A DNA stretch of 64,000 bases from Bacteroidetes bacterium HGW-Bacteroidetes-1 (lineage in GTDB: Bacteria; Bacteroidota; Bacteroidia; Bacteroidales; F082). The stretch is taken from contig PHDU01000003.1 in NCBI GenBank assembly GCA_002842755.1, positions 4,414 to 68,413 of the forward strand, read 5' to 3'. The notes beneath the pieces were generated by a model that did not search any database, was not told the DNA's origin, and saw nothing but the letters and a program-made list of their open reading frames with translations. This document shows positions 9,176 to 19,851 of the stretch, piece after piece (the stretch's first letter is position 1; each line of letters begins with the position of its first letter). Both the position numbers and the translations under genes were made by a program.

Positions 9176-11446
9176 TTAAGCATCTGCGAGGCGCTCGAGA
9201 CGTGTTACTTTTCGCACACCGTCTATTTTTTGAAGTTTATCTATCATGTCTTTCAGTTTCTTCACGTTACTGACATAAACTGTCAAAAAAGCAATCACCA
9301 CCCCATTGCTGCTTTCAAGTTGCAGATTCCTTATGTTGAGGCCAAGCTGTATCGAAACCAAATCAGTAATGCGATAGATGAAACCTATTGAATCGATTCC
9401 GGTGATTTTTAATCCCGCCAAAAAAACAATGTCTTCCTTTTGTTTCCATTTGGCTTTGACAATATTGTTTCCATATTGCGTCATCAGCAAGGTAGCTTTT
9501 GGACAGTTTACCCGATGAATGTGCATAGGTTCTCCTTGAAAAGTAAGAGCAACAACGTCGTCACCAGGAATAGGATTACAGCAAGTTGAAACTATATAAT
9601 CCAGTTCGCTGATATCTTCTTTCAGAACATCAGCTTTAATGGCAGGGCTTTCAAGCTTCGGTATTTCTTGTTCTGCAACCTCTTCAATAGGTTTGTGGCG
9701 CGCAAATGGATTGACCAGATATTTAAAAAGACCTGAACCGGTTTTCTCCCTGAAAGCTGTTTTGATACGTTGCAGGTTGATACGATCGATGGCAGTAAAA
9801 TAATAAAGATCAACAAGTCCACTCAATTCTTCTGCATCAATAAGTTTGGTAATGTTAGCCTTACTTGAATCTAAATTGAGTTGTTTAAAATAACCTTCCA
9901 GTTTATTGCGTCCTTCGTCCTTAAAAGTTTTACGGAGTTCGCGTATAGCTTCATTTAGCCGCGATTTAGCTCTGGCTGTAACAATAAAATCAAACCATTG
10001 GTCCTTAGGAATTTGCACTTTAGACGTAATGATTTCAACCTGATCTCCAGTCTTCAAAACATGGTTAAGTTGCACTAGCTTGTGATTCACGTTGGCACCA
10101 ATACACTGGCTTCCAAGATTTGAATGGATATTAAAAGCAAAATCGAGGGCGGTAGCGCCTTTGGGTAGCGAAATCATTTCCCCTTTTGGAGTAAAGACGA
10201 AAATCTCATCTGAGAATAAATTCAGCTTAAAATTATTAATGAATGAAAGTGCTGAAGCATCTTCTGACGACATTACCTCGCGAACTTTAGTAAGCCACTC
10301 ATCAAGACCACTTTCACTATTTGCTGGAGCATCTTTATACTTCCAGTAAGCAGCATAACCTTTTTCAGCAACCTCGTCCATCCTATCAGAGCGAATCTGA
10401 ACTTCAATCCACTTACCGGCTTTGCTCATCACCGTAGCATGCAGTGACTCATACCCATTTGCTTTAGGCAATGATATCCAATCGCGAAGACGTTCATTGT
10501 TTGGTTTATAAATAGTTGTAATGGCAGCATAAACACGCCAGCAATCAATCTTTTCAACCTCAACAGGGCTTTCAAGAATAAAACGAACGACATACGTATC
10601 ATATACCTCCGAAAAAGGGATCTCCTTTTCTTTCATGCGATTCCAAATAGAAGAGGATGATTTTTCCGCAATCAGGATGCGCACTTTCACTCCCATTCTG
10701 TTCAGCGACTCCTTGATAGGATCGAGAAACTGTTCAACTAATATATTCCTTTCTTCCCTGCTTTCATCAAGATTTTTCTTTATAGAAGCATAAGCAGTAG
10801 GTTCAGTGTATTTCAATGCAAGATCTTCCAGTTCACTTTTAATGGCATACAATCCCAGACGATACGCCAAAGGAGCAAAAAGATAGGATGTTTCAGATGC
10901 AATCTTCCATTGTTTTAAAGGCGGCATGGAATCGAGCGTCCTCATGTTATGCAATCGATCGGCGAGTTTTATCAGGATGACACGCACGTCATAAGAAAGA
11001 GTAAGGAGTATTTTCCTAAAATTTTCTGCTTGAAGGCTTTCAACATCACTACCTTCAACCATGGTATCAATTTTAGTCAAACCATCAATAATCCTGGCAA
11101 TCTGTTCCCCGAACATGGCAGAAATATCGCTCAGCTTGTATTCAGTATCCTCCACAACATCATGCAAGAGGGCACAAATAATGGAGGTCCGTCCCAAACC
11201 GATTTCACCAGCAGCAATGGTTGCAACCTCCAGAGGATGATAAACATAGGGTTCGCCCGAACGACGGCGCATATCCTTGTGGGCTTCAACAGCAAGTCGG
11301 AAAGCCTTACGCACCATCCAGCGGTCGGTGGTATCCTTTCGGGTATGCCACACATCAATCAGATTGCGGTAATGCCGCAATATTTCTGAGCGCTCAGCCG
11401 GGCTGTAAGTATCTAATGCTGTTATTTTCATTGGAATCCTTTTCAT
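9176..11446 (-). CDS. relA: Bifunctional (p)ppGpp synthetase/hydrolase, RelA/SpoT homologue
   Basis: 756 aa. HD hydrolase motif HPLEVA...LLHDVVEDT, a RelA/SpoT synthetase region (YESLHATV), a TGS region (VFTPKGEMISLPKGATALDFAF) and a C-terminal ACT-like region. Confidence 0.9.
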   Translation of the reverse strand: MKRIPMKITALDTYSPAERSEILRHYRNLIDVWHTRKDTTDRWMVRKAFRLAVEAHKDMRRRSGEPYVYHPLEVATIAAGEIGLGRTSIICALLHDVVEDTEYKLSDISAMFGEQIARIIDGLTKIDTMVEGSDVESLQAENFRKILLTLSYDVRVILIKLADRLHNMRTLDSMPPLKQWKIASETSYLFAPLAYRLGLYAIKSELEDLALKYTEPTAYASIKKNLDESREERNILVEQFLDPIKESLNRMGVKVRILIAEKSSSSIWNRMKEKEIPFSEVYDTYVVRFILESPVEVEKIDCWRVYAAITTIYKPNNERLRDWISLPKANGYESLHATVMSKAGKWIEVQIRSDRMDEVAEKGYAAYWKYKDAPANSESGLDEWLTKVREVMSSEDASALSFINNFKLNLFSDEIFVFTPKGEMISLPKGATALDFAFNIHSNLGSQCIGANVNHKLVQLNHVLKTGDQVEIITSKVQIPKDQWFDFIVTARAKSRLNEAIRELRKTFKDEGRNKLEGYFKQLNLDSSKANITKLIDAEELSGLVDLYYFTAIDRINLQRIKTAFREKTGSGLFKYLVNPFARHKPIEEVAEQEIPKLESPAIKADVLKEDISELDYIVSTCCNPIPGDDVVALTFQGEPMHIHRVNCPKATLLMTQYGNNIVKAKWKQKEDIVFLAGLKITGIDSIGFIYRITDLVSIQLGLNIRNLQLESSNGVVIAFLTVYVSNVKKLKDMIDKLQKIDGVRKVTRLERLADA

Positions 11447-11678
11447 AAAGGCTTACAAAAATAACAAAAGCCTTTATTCATTGAGCATTTCAGGAGAATT
11501 TGTTTGTTTTTTTTAGCTGCTCTGAATTCATTAAAATCAAAGGCAAATTTTGTTTGACATGATTGAAACAATATGATTTTCAAAAGGCATTAAAACACAA
11601 ACGAGTTCTGCTTCCAAAACAAACAATATAACGATTTGGTTTTACGTAAAATGGAAAAAATTTACATCGTAAAGAATG

Positions 11679-11701
11679 AAAAAGGCCGAAAAACTCCGGC
11701 C
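11679..11701 (-). terminator. Putative intrinsic terminator after the yebC-family gene
   Basis: On the minus strand: GGCCG-gaguuuuu-CGGCC followed by UUUUU. It lies about 25 nt downstream of the stop at 11727. The stem is short (5 bp, GC-rich). Confidence 0.45.
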
Positions 11702-11726
11702 CTTTACATCTATTTTAATGATCCAA

Positions 11727-12437
11727 TCAGGCAATATTTGTGTAAACAGCCTGAACATCGTCATCGTCTTCTAACTTATCTATCATTTTGTCGATCTCAA
11801 TTTTCTGTTCATCAGAAAAATCTACAGGCGAATTTGCAAACCTTTGTAGCCCTGATTTAACGATCTCAATCCCCTGAGCCTCCAGCGCATCGTGCAACTG
11901 GCCAAAATTTGTGTAATCTGCATAGGTATAAATGATGTCTTCAATTAACTCAATCTCTTCCAAACCGGCATCAATAAGTTCAAGTTCAAGTTCTTCAATG
12001 TCTAATCCTTCTTTCATATTGCATTCAAAAACAGCTTTCCGGGAGAACATAAATTCCAATGATCCATTTGTGACAAGAGATCCGCCTGCTTTATTAAAAT
12101 ATGATTTTACATTGGCAACAGTGCGGGTTGTATTGTCGGTAGCACATTCAACAAACACAAGCACACCAAAAGGCCCTTTTCCTTCATAAACCACCTCAAC
12201 CATGCTTTCAGCATCCTTGCCTGATGCCCGTTTGATAGCATTATCAATATTTTCTTTAGGCATGTTTTCTGCCTTAGCATTCATGATGGCGTTGCGGAGG
12301 TGCGAATTCATTTCAGGATCAGGACCACCTTCTTTTGCAGCTATTGTGATGAGTTTTCCAAGTTTTGGAAATAATTTCGACATCTTGTCCCATCTCTTTT
12401 CTTTTGTCGCACGACGGTATTCAAATGCTCTGCCCAT
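11727..12437 (-). CDS. yebC: YebC/PmpR-family transcriptional regulator
   Basis: 236 aa. The N-terminus [44 protein letters not shown] is a hallmark of the family. Confidence 0.9.
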   Translation of the reverse strand: MGRAFEYRRATKEKRWDKMSKLFPKLGKLITIAAKEGGPDPEMNSHLRNAIMNAKAENMPKENIDNAIKRASGKDAESMVEVVYEGKGPFGVLVFVECATDNTTRTVANVKSYFNKAGGSLVTNGSLEFMFSRKAVFECNMKEGLDIEELELELIDAGLEEIELIEDIIYTYADYTNFGQLHDALEAQGIEIVKSGLQRFANSPVDFSDEQKIEIDKMIDKLEDDDDVQAVYTNIA

Positions 12438-12619
12438 ATTTTCAGTTCTTTATGTTTAGGAATTAATTATTTCAGGCTGCAAAATTAGTCAACCCTTTGC
12501 TCAATTCATAGCGCCATCTCAAAAAAAGAAAGCAGATGCTGTTAGGTTTACACCACAGCATGTTTTATTACTTAAATTTTGACAATATTTTGCGAACTTT
12601 GCCCTCTTAACATTCAAGC

Positions 12620-14266
12620 ATGATATCGATGGAAATATTTTCAATTACCCTCACCATGATTGTTCTTGCTTTTGCCATTGTTGCCATTGCAAAACTATCA
12701 AACCTTCAAAAATCAGTAAATATCAAAGATGAATCAGCAGCAAAGCTCGATTTTATCGAAAAAAGCCTGAGCAAACTGGAGTCGGTGGTAAAGGATGATT
12801 TCAGGCAAAACAGAGAAGAACTTTCAAACAGCCTTTCGAAATTTCAACTCACTTTTCTCGATACGCTGCGTGAAATTTCCTTTAATCAGCTGGAGCAACT
12901 CAAAGCCATGACTGAACAGAATCAGCAAAACTTATCCAACCTGAATAAAACCATTGAAGAACGTCTCTCAAAACTTATCGAAAAAAACGACCTCAGCAGC
13001 AAAGAAAACCGCGACGAACTTGCTCGTAACCTGCTTTTAATAAATGATCAGATCAAAAATAAAATGGATGATTTGGGTTTAAAACAAAAAGAGCAAACCG
13101 ACCTGACTGTCAAGCAATTGGATTCGGTTACATTAAAACTTGATGAAAAATTGGGACAGTTGATTGAAAAATTTCAGTCAAATTCCAATCAGTCCAGAGA
13201 AGCTCTTGATAAATCAATGAATAATTTTCAGATTGCTTTTACCAATAACGTGAAAGATTTTAATGACTTACAAAAACAAAAATTTGCTGAACTCGAGAAA
13301 AAACAAGGCGAGCTGATTACGATTACGGAATTGAAGCTGGAAAAAATGCGCGAAACCGTTGACGAAAAACTTCAAAAAACGCTTGAAGCCCGCTTGGGTC
13401 AATCGTTCGAACTCGTAAGCAAACAGTTGGAGAGTGTTCAGAAAGGGTTGGGCGAAATGCAAAGTCTGGCCAATGATGTAGGTGGCCTTAAGCGTGTCTT
13501 GTCCAATGTAAAAACCCGAGGCGTAATGGGCGAAATACAACTTGGTAACATCCTTGAACAAATTCTTGCACCTGAGCAATACGAAACCAATGTAAAGACC
13601 AAAAGATCAAGCGGTGATCATGTTGAATTTGCCATCAAGCTGCCCGGTCGCGATGACAACAACCAACCGGTTTATCTTCCAATCGATGCAAAATTTCCAC
13701 AGGAGGCATATCACCTGCTTCAGATTGCTTATGATGAAGCTAACGCCGTTAAGGCGGAAGAAGCAACACGTACTTTGGCAATAAGTATTAGAAAGTTTGC
13801 TAAAGACATTCGCGATAAGTACCTCGATCCACCTTATACCACTGATTTTGCCATTATGTTTTTGCCCATAGAGGGTTTGTACGCTGAAGTTGTGCGCAAC
13901 ACCGACCTGATCGAGCAATTGCAACGAGAATATAAGGTAATCGTAACCGGACCAACAACTTTGGCAGCCATTCTCAATAGCCTTCAGATGGGTTTCAAAA
14001 CACTTGCCATTCAAAAACGTAGCAGCGAAGTATGGGAAATTCTCGGAGCCGTGAAAACAGAGTTTGGAAAATTTGGGGGTATCCTTGAAAAAGCCCAGAA
14101 AAAAATTACAGAAGCAAGCAACGACATAGATACCCTTGTTGGCACCCGAACACGCGCTATTGAACGCCGTTTAAGGCAAGTTCAGGAACTTCCAGCCGCC
14201 GAAACAGGACTCTTTTTGGAAGAACCGGAAGCGGATGATGAAAAAGAATTTGGCTTTGACTTGTAG
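12620..14266 (+). CDS. rmuC: DNA recombination protein RmuC
   Basis: 548 aa. N-terminal TM helix, long coiled coil, and a C-terminal RmuC nuclease-like core (KTRGVMGEIQLGNILEQ..., VEFAIKLPG, YLPIDAKFP, FAIMFLPIEGLY). Confidence 0.85.
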   Translation: MISMEIFSITLTMIVLAFAIVAIAKLSNLQKSVNIKDESAAKLDFIEKSLSKLESVVKDDFRQNREELSNSLSKFQLTFLDTLREISFNQLEQLKAMTEQNQQNLSNLNKTIEERLSKLIEKNDLSSKENRDELARNLLLINDQIKNKMDDLGLKQKEQTDLTVKQLDSVTLKLDEKLGQLIEKFQSNSNQSREALDKSMNNFQIAFTNNVKDFNDLQKQKFAELEKKQGELITITELKLEKMRETVDEKLQKTLEARLGQSFELVSKQLESVQKGLGEMQSLANDVGGLKRVLSNVKTRGVMGEIQLGNILEQILAPEQYETNVKTKRSSGDHVEFAIKLPGRDDNNQPVYLPIDAKFPQEAYHLLQIAYDEANAVKAEEATRTLAISIRKFAKDIRDKYLDPPYTTDFAIMFLPIEGLYAEVVRNTDLIEQLQREYKVIVTGPTTLAAILNSLQMGFKTLAIQKRSSEVWEILGAVKTEFGKFGGILEKAQKKITEASNDIDTLVGTRTRAIERRLRQVQELPAAETGLFLEEPEADDEKEFGFDL

Positions 14267-14283
14267 AAAATAAAAGATAATTC

Positions 14284-16092
14284 TTAAACAGACGTATCAT
14301 CCTTTTTTATAATACCCATGTCCTGCATCAACCATGTCGCATTCCGATTGGCTGCTATACCTTTACGGATGGTATAATCGAACAGCAACTGTCCGTTTTC
14401 TATTTTGCTCTCAAAACAATGATTTACAACTTTTCCATTGAGTTGCTTTTCGAGTAAACTCAGTTTCAGGTCATGAGAAGCCATCACAATAAGGCTGTTA
14501 TACTGTGTCAAACGATGAATCAATGCATACGAACCCGTGTATTTATCTTCGGAATTGGTGCCACGTAAAACTTCATCTAGCAATATCAGACAGGGTTCAG
14601 CCGATGCAGCCCTGTCAAGAATCGCTTTCAGCTGCTTTAACTCGTTCATGAAAAGGGAAGTATTCTCGTGAAGGGAATCAGATTGTCGTAGTGAACTGAG
14701 CACAGGCATTGGTTTCCATCTGAAAGCATTGGCACAAACCGGCGCTCCAGCCTGAGCAAGCAGCACATTTACACCTAAAGTACGTAGCCAGGTACTTTTT
14801 CCTGACATATTGCTTCCGGTAACTAAGACCAGTCGTGGATCAATCTGCAGGTGTACAGTATTTGAAACACGTTTTGAAGAAGGTATAAGCGGATGACCAA
14901 GATCGGATGCAAAAAGCTCAGGATCAGAAGAAAGTGTTGGCGTTACAAAATCAGGATGATTAAACCTGAACACCCCATAGCTGATCAGCATTTCAAGCCT
15001 TCCAGTTGTGATAAGCCAATCCTCAATTTTACTATGATACTTGTATTTCCATTTTTCATATCCAAATGCCAGGTGCAGATCATGCATAAAAAAAAGATTG
15101 CCCAGCGCATACCATAAAATATTCGCTCTTCTATCGAACCATTCCGAAATTTTTGCCAGCTGCTTAAACCCATTCTTTGCTTCAGCAGCAACCTTTTTCA
15201 TTTCTGTAAGTATCTCACCTGAAACATCCTGGCTTTCAAATTTTTCCAAAACCTTATAATAAGCATGAAATGCATGACTGAAACCGCTCATTTCCTCTGA
15301 GAGCAAAGCCATTTTTTTTGCTTGAGCAAAAGCTGTCAGAAAAGCAACACTTCCATTCAATAAAAAGAGTGAAATATTACCGCTTGTCAGATAATAAATA
15401 AAAGAAGCTATTACCAGCAATGGCAAAACATAGGCAGCAATCTTGTAATAATACTGTTTGAAAAACCACATTGGTTCTTCATCTGAAATTACAAACTCCT
15501 TAAAATCCTTCCTTCGATAAACACCTAATAGCGCTACCATCACTTCCTGATTAAAATCAGTTTTCTCCGACATCTGCCGGATGGCCATCTGAAGGTTTTG
15601 AATTCTGTTTATCTCAGTCGGCGTATGCAAAAGTGATTCAGCAAAAAGGTCTTTACCATAACCAGTAGTACAACGGTTCACATAGTGGAACAAGGAAAAC
15701 TCTCCAAAAAGATCGAGATCATCGGCGAAAGGCAACTGCGAAATATAGGCTTTACCAGTATCAAAAATGGAAGTCCCACCTGAAAGAACATCGTTTTCAT
15801 TTTGGTTAATCTCTGAAAGTAATAGAAAATGTTCGCGTTGCGTATAAAGCTTTTGATGTGAAACGATCAGACCAACCAGCAAAATAAAAAACATACCCGA
15901 AGCGATCAGGTAAATCGTATCGGTTGAAGCTGTAAACAAATAGAACATCCCTGCCATCAGTAGGAAGCTAACCAATCGAAGCCATGAAAACAGGCCTATT
16001 TTTTGACTTATTTTCTTTGTTTTACTTTGGAGTTTATGCAGGCGTTCAGCGTAAAATCCAACAGGGCTGTTAACCTCCATTATTTCAGGCAT
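14284..16092 (-). CDS. MutS-related ATPase (MutS domain III/V only) with a membrane-embedded N-terminal half
   Basis: 602 aa. Walker A VTGSNMSGKSTWLRTLGVNVLLAQAG, plus LILLDEVLRGTNSEDK and the ASHD motif typical of the MutS ABC ATPase. At least 4 hydrophobic helices lie in the first ~270 aa. No mismatch-binding domain I is recognisable. Confidence 0.8.
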   Translation of the reverse strand: MPEIMEVNSPVGFYAERLHKLQSKTKKISQKIGLFSWLRLVSFLLMAGMFYLFTASTDTIYLIASGMFFILLVGLIVSHQKLYTQREHFLLLSEINQNENDVLSGGTSIFDTGKAYISQLPFADDLDLFGEFSLFHYVNRCTTGYGKDLFAESLLHTPTEINRIQNLQMAIRQMSEKTDFNQEVMVALLGVYRRKDFKEFVISDEEPMWFFKQYYYKIAAYVLPLLVIASFIYYLTSGNISLFLLNGSVAFLTAFAQAKKMALLSEEMSGFSHAFHAYYKVLEKFESQDVSGEILTEMKKVAAEAKNGFKQLAKISEWFDRRANILWYALGNLFFMHDLHLAFGYEKWKYKYHSKIEDWLITTGRLEMLISYGVFRFNHPDFVTPTLSSDPELFASDLGHPLIPSSKRVSNTVHLQIDPRLVLVTGSNMSGKSTWLRTLGVNVLLAQAGAPVCANAFRWKPMPVLSSLRQSDSLHENTSLFMNELKQLKAILDRAASAEPCLILLDEVLRGTNSEDKYTGSYALIHRLTQYNSLIVMASHDLKLSLLEKQLNGKVVNHCFESKIENGQLLFDYTIRKGIAANRNATWLMQDMGIIKKDDTSV

Positions 16093-16109
16093 ATTAAATA
16101 TTTGATATG

Positions 16110-16117
16110 CAAAGATA
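16110..16117 (-). promoter_or_regulatory. Candidate -7 box (TATCTTTG on the minus strand) upstream of the MutS-related gene
   Basis: The plus strand reads CAAAGATA, the reverse complement of TAnnTTTG. It lies 18 nt upstream of the ATG at 16092. Confidence 0.35.
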
Positions 16118-16233
16118 GTGTTTCAAATTGTAGTCTTTTAATTTATTGGAGTACCTTTTCAACGAGAATTACAAAAAACAAAATCAAGTTTCATGAAATC
16201 CATGATTAAAAAAAACTTTAATTTCGCGCTCCT

Positions 16234-16797
16234 ATGATTACAGATCGCATAAAATGGAATGCAAGACATGAAAACCGGATTGGGTTTCATCCAACAGATT
16301 CTTACCTCAAAAAGCAATTGACAAAATTAAAGGCGGACCGGGTTCTTGATTTAGCCTGTGGGAGAGGCCGTAATGCATTTTTTCTTGCAGAACAAGGATA
16401 CAAAGTAACCGGTGCTGACATTTCTGACATTGGATTGCATATGCTGCGATCGGAAGCGAAACAGCGGGATTTAGACATCAAAACTGTAAATATAGATCTT
16501 GATCACCCTGAGATTTTGCTTGATACTGCTCCTTACGATAGTATCATTTGTATCAATTTCAAACCCGGAAATAATCTGCTTGGCCTGGTTTCAGCACTTC
16601 TTGAACCTGAAGGGATTTTCCTATGGTGTTCTTTCAACGAAAAACAAGCAGAAGTGTCGGGTTTTCCAATTAATATGGCATTGCATCCCGAGGAGTATAT
16701 CAATTATTTTCCAGCCCTTCAATTGCTCGAATATGTTAGGTTCACCGATGATTCAGGTTTTCGCGATGGCTATTTATTCAAAAAAACGATAGCATGA
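16234..16797 (+). CDS. Class I SAM-dependent methyltransferase (TehB-like)
   Basis: 187 aa. Motif I VLDLACGRGRNAFFLAEQGYKVTGADIS. Its stop overlaps the hypF start in an ATGA arrangement (16794-16797). Confidence 0.75.
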   Translation: MITDRIKWNARHENRIGFHPTDSYLKKQLTKLKADRVLDLACGRGRNAFFLAEQGYKVTGADISDIGLHMLRSEAKQRDLDIKTVNIDLDHPEILLDTAPYDSIICINFKPGNNLLGLVSALLEPEGIFLWCSFNEKQAEVSGFPINMALHPEEYINYFPALQLLEYVRFTDDSGFRDGYLFKKTIA

Positions 16798-19082
16798 CCC
16801 TTGATAGTGCTGCCTGGATAATTCACATAAAAGGACTTGTGCAAGGAGTTGGCTTCCGGCCTTTTGTATATCGGATGGCGCTCCAAAACCATATCAAAGG
16901 ATGGGTTGAAAACAGCAACGAAGGTGTAACAATCCATGTTGAAGGAATCTTGCCTCAACAAGAGCTGTTTCTTAAAAATTTAAAGCAACAAGCTCCTCAG
17001 GCTGCCATTATCTCAGAAATAAGTGTTTCAGAAACTGCTCCCAAAAACTACCTATCTTTCAAAATCCGCCAAAGCCACAACTTTTCCGATGCTATAACTG
17101 AGGTTAGTCCGGATATTGCTGTTTGCCCTGAATGTCTTCTGGATATGAAGAAACAGCCTCACAGGATCGGATATCCCTTTATCAATTGCACCAATTGTGG
17201 CCCGCGGTTCACGATCATTCGCGACCTGCCGTACGACAGGGATCACACAACCATGGAACCTTTCGAAATGTGTCCGGTTTGCCGCAACGAGTACAACACA
17301 ATTCTCGACCGTCGTTTTCACGCTCAACCGATAGCATGCAAATCTTGCGGCCCTAAGTATTCGTTTTTAATTCATGAGGACAATGAATTAATGATAAAAC
17401 AAATACCGGAAAATAGAGCAGCTCAAGAACTTGCGGAATATATTGACAGCGGACGGATTGTCGCACTAAAAGGACTGGGAGGCTATCATCTGGTCTGTGA
17501 TGCCAACAACGAAGATGCTGTAAAAAGTTTACGTCTGAGAAAAAATCGTGAAGGGAAACCATTGGCTGTGATGGCCGGCTCAATTGCCAATGTAAAGAAA
17601 CATTTTACAATAACAAATATTGAAGAAAACTCCCTTTCTTCATGGCGGCGTCCCATCGTGTTGTTGACCGAAGGGAAGCCTTTTTCAGCATCGGTTAATA
17701 ATGGGATGAAAACAACCGGAGTTCTATTACCTTACATGCCTTTGCACTATCAGCTTTTCGAACATTTAAAAACAGATGCCATTGTCCTCACAAGCGGGAA
17801 CATCTCTGATGAACCTGTTACAATATCAGATGCTGAAGCAATTATGAAACTAGGGCGTGTTGCGGACGTTGTTGTGAGGTATAACCGCGAAATTCATAAC
17901 CGTGCTGATGATTCAGTTGTATTTATTGCTTCAGGTACAGAACGGATGCTACGACGTTCACGCAGCTTTGTACCGTCGCCTATTGCATTAAACCAGCAAA
18001 CTGAAGGTATTTTTGCAGCCGGCGCTGAACTGGTTAACACTTTTGCTATTGGTAAAGAAAATCAGGTTATTCTCAGTCAGCACATCGGGGATTTGAAAAA
18101 TGCTGAAACCATGATATTTTATGAGGAGTCTTTTCAGCGGTTCTCAAAATTGTTTCGTTTTCAACCCACCTTGGTAGCCTGCGACAGTCATCCTGATTAT
18201 CTTTCATCTCAATTTGCGCGTTCATTAGGCATCGAAACAATGGAAATACAACATCATCATGCCCATATTGCATCATGCATGGCTGAGCATGGCCTGGATG
18301 AAAAAGTGATTGGTGTTGCTTTTGACGGTACAGGTTACGGTGATGATGGAACCATCTGGGGAGGAGAATTTCTGTTGTGTGACCTTATTGATTATGAAAG
18401 GTCTTATTATTTTGATCCTGTGCCCCTTCCTGGCGGGGACAAAGTGACCCATGAACCCTGGAGAACTGCGGTTTCGTATCTCTACAAATACTTCGGAAAA
18501 AAGATTTTCGAAGATCCTTTGGATCTGTTAAAAATAATTGAGCCTGAGCACCTTGAACTTCTTCTACAAGCAATAGACATGGACATCAATTGCCCTGTCA
18601 GTTCCGGTGCAGGTCGCTTGTTTGATGCAGTGGCCGCTCTTTCGGGAGTTTGTACACACAGTAGTTTTCATGCGGAAGCTCCCATGAGACTTGAAGCAGT
18701 TATGGCGGCAAACTGCCGCGGAAAATATGTATTTGATATTGAAGGAAGTAAAATTGTGTTTTGGAAGCTTTTCTACCTTTTGATGAAAGACTTGCATGCT
18801 AAGGTAGCTGTTTCTGAAATTTCAGCTAAATTCCATAATACCATGGTTGTGTTAATACTTACGGTTGTAAAAAAAATGCGTTTAGAAACAGGCATAAACA
18901 AAATAGTGTTGTCCGGAGGTAGTTTTCAAAATCGCTATTTGCTTGAGAAATCAGAAGAATTACTTAAAGAGGCCGGATTCAGTGTTTTTACAAATCGTAA
19001 AGCACCTTCCAACGACGGGGGAATTGCTTTAGGACAAATGGCAATTGCATCAAAGAGAAGAGCGATGAAACTGATTGATTAG
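16794..19082 (+). CDS. hypF: [NiFe]-hydrogenase maturation carbamoyltransferase HypF
   Basis: 762 aa. Acylphosphatase-like N-terminus (VQGVGFRPFVY), two zinc-finger pairs (CPECLLDM...CTNCGPRFTII and CPVCRNEY...CKSCGPKY), a YrdC-like region (LKGLGGYHLVCDA) and a Kae1-like C-terminus. Confidence 0.92.
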   Translation: MTLDSAAWIIHIKGLVQGVGFRPFVYRMALQNHIKGWVENSNEGVTIHVEGILPQQELFLKNLKQQAPQAAIISEISVSETAPKNYLSFKIRQSHNFSDAITEVSPDIAVCPECLLDMKKQPHRIGYPFINCTNCGPRFTIIRDLPYDRDHTTMEPFEMCPVCRNEYNTILDRRFHAQPIACKSCGPKYSFLIHEDNELMIKQIPENRAAQELAEYIDSGRIVALKGLGGYHLVCDANNEDAVKSLRLRKNREGKPLAVMAGSIANVKKHFTITNIEENSLSSWRRPIVLLTEGKPFSASVNNGMKTTGVLLPYMPLHYQLFEHLKTDAIVLTSGNISDEPVTISDAEAIMKLGRVADVVVRYNREIHNRADDSVVFIASGTERMLRRSRSFVPSPIALNQQTEGIFAAGAELVNTFAIGKENQVILSQHIGDLKNAETMIFYEESFQRFSKLFRFQPTLVACDSHPDYLSSQFARSLGIETMEIQHHHAHIASCMAEHGLDEKVIGVAFDGTGYGDDGTIWGGEFLLCDLIDYERSYYFDPVPLPGGDKVTHEPWRTAVSYLYKYFGKKIFEDPLDLLKIIEPEHLELLLQAIDMDINCPVSSGAGRLFDAVAALSGVCTHSSFHAEAPMRLEAVMAANCRGKYVFDIEGSKIVFWKLFYLLMKDLHAKVAVSEISAKFHNTMVVLILTVVKKMRLETGINKIVLSGGSFQNRYLLEKSEELLKEAGFSVFTNRKAPSNDGGIALGQMAIASKRRAMKLID

Positions 19083-19323
19083 TTTCAAACAACACCCTTA
19101 TAAAAATAAAAGCTTAAAATCAGAAACTATGGCAGGGCAATACCGAAACGAAATCGAAACCGGCAAAGGTGTGGCAATCGTTACCAAAGAAAATCAGCGT
19201 TCGGAGATACTTACCGAAGGAATTGTTCAGACTATTCTTACAAAAAGTTCGTTTCATTCTCATGGCATCAAAGTGAGGCTTGTATCGGGTGAAGTGGGCA
19301 GGGTGAAAATTGTAAATGAATAG
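19075..19323 (+). CDS. YwbE-family small protein (DUF2196)
   Basis: The core GKGVAIVTKENQRSEILTEGIVQTILTKSSFHSHGIKVRLVSGEVGRVKIV matches my recollection of the YwbE family. The real start is probably the internal Met at 19129 (MAGQYRNEIETGKG), which gives about 64 aa. Confidence 0.7.
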   Translation: MISFKQHPYKNKSLKSETMAGQYRNEIETGKGVAIVTKENQRSEILTEGIVQTILTKSSFHSHGIKVRLVSGEVGRVKIVNE

Positions 19324-19455
19324 CAAATAACAGATTATTAGTTAATTATGTTTTAGGCAGGGGAAGTTTATCAAAGTGAGAAAATGCTTTGACAAAAGCT
19401 TTATCCTTTATACCTAAAACCCACATTTTAACCAAGTCACGACAAAAAGATCCGT

Positions 19456-19680
19456 TTACTTCTTCGTTGTAATTCTCAGATATAAATTTTCAACTCTGGT
19501 GCGTGCCCAGGGAGTTTTTCGTAAAAAAGCAAGGCTGGATTTGATGCTGGGATCATTTTTAAAACAGTTAATATTGATCTTATTGGCCAGACCATCCCAA
19601 CCAAAATGATTTACCAGATGATTTAAAATTGTTTCAAGGGTCAGTCCGTGCAGTGGGTTGTTCTTTTGATCAGCATCCAT
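19456..19680 (-). CDS. VF530-like small DNA-binding protein (DUF2132)
   Basis: 74 aa. [61 protein letters not shown] is the typical DUF2132 sequence pattern. Confidence 0.7.
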   Translation of the reverse strand: MDADQKNNPLHGLTLETILNHLVNHFGWDGLANKININCFKNDPSIKSSLAFLRKTPWARTRVENLYLRITTKK

Positions 19681-19809
19681 AATTAAACTGAAAACGAAAG
19701 GTTCGTTATTTTACATTCAACTTATATTTTAGCGCAAGTTAAACATTTTATCCATTCCGATGATGAAATGAAACCCAAAGCAAAAGTTGGGCTGAAAGAT
19801 TTAATTGCC

Positions 19810-19817
19810 TATTTTTG
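19810..19817 (+). promoter_or_regulatory. Candidate -7 box TATTTTTG upstream of hypC
   Basis: Perfect TAnnTTTG match 35 nt upstream of the hypC ATG (19852). Confidence 0.4.
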
Positions 19818-19851
19818 ACGCTGAAAAGAAATTCTGTTTTAATACAATATT

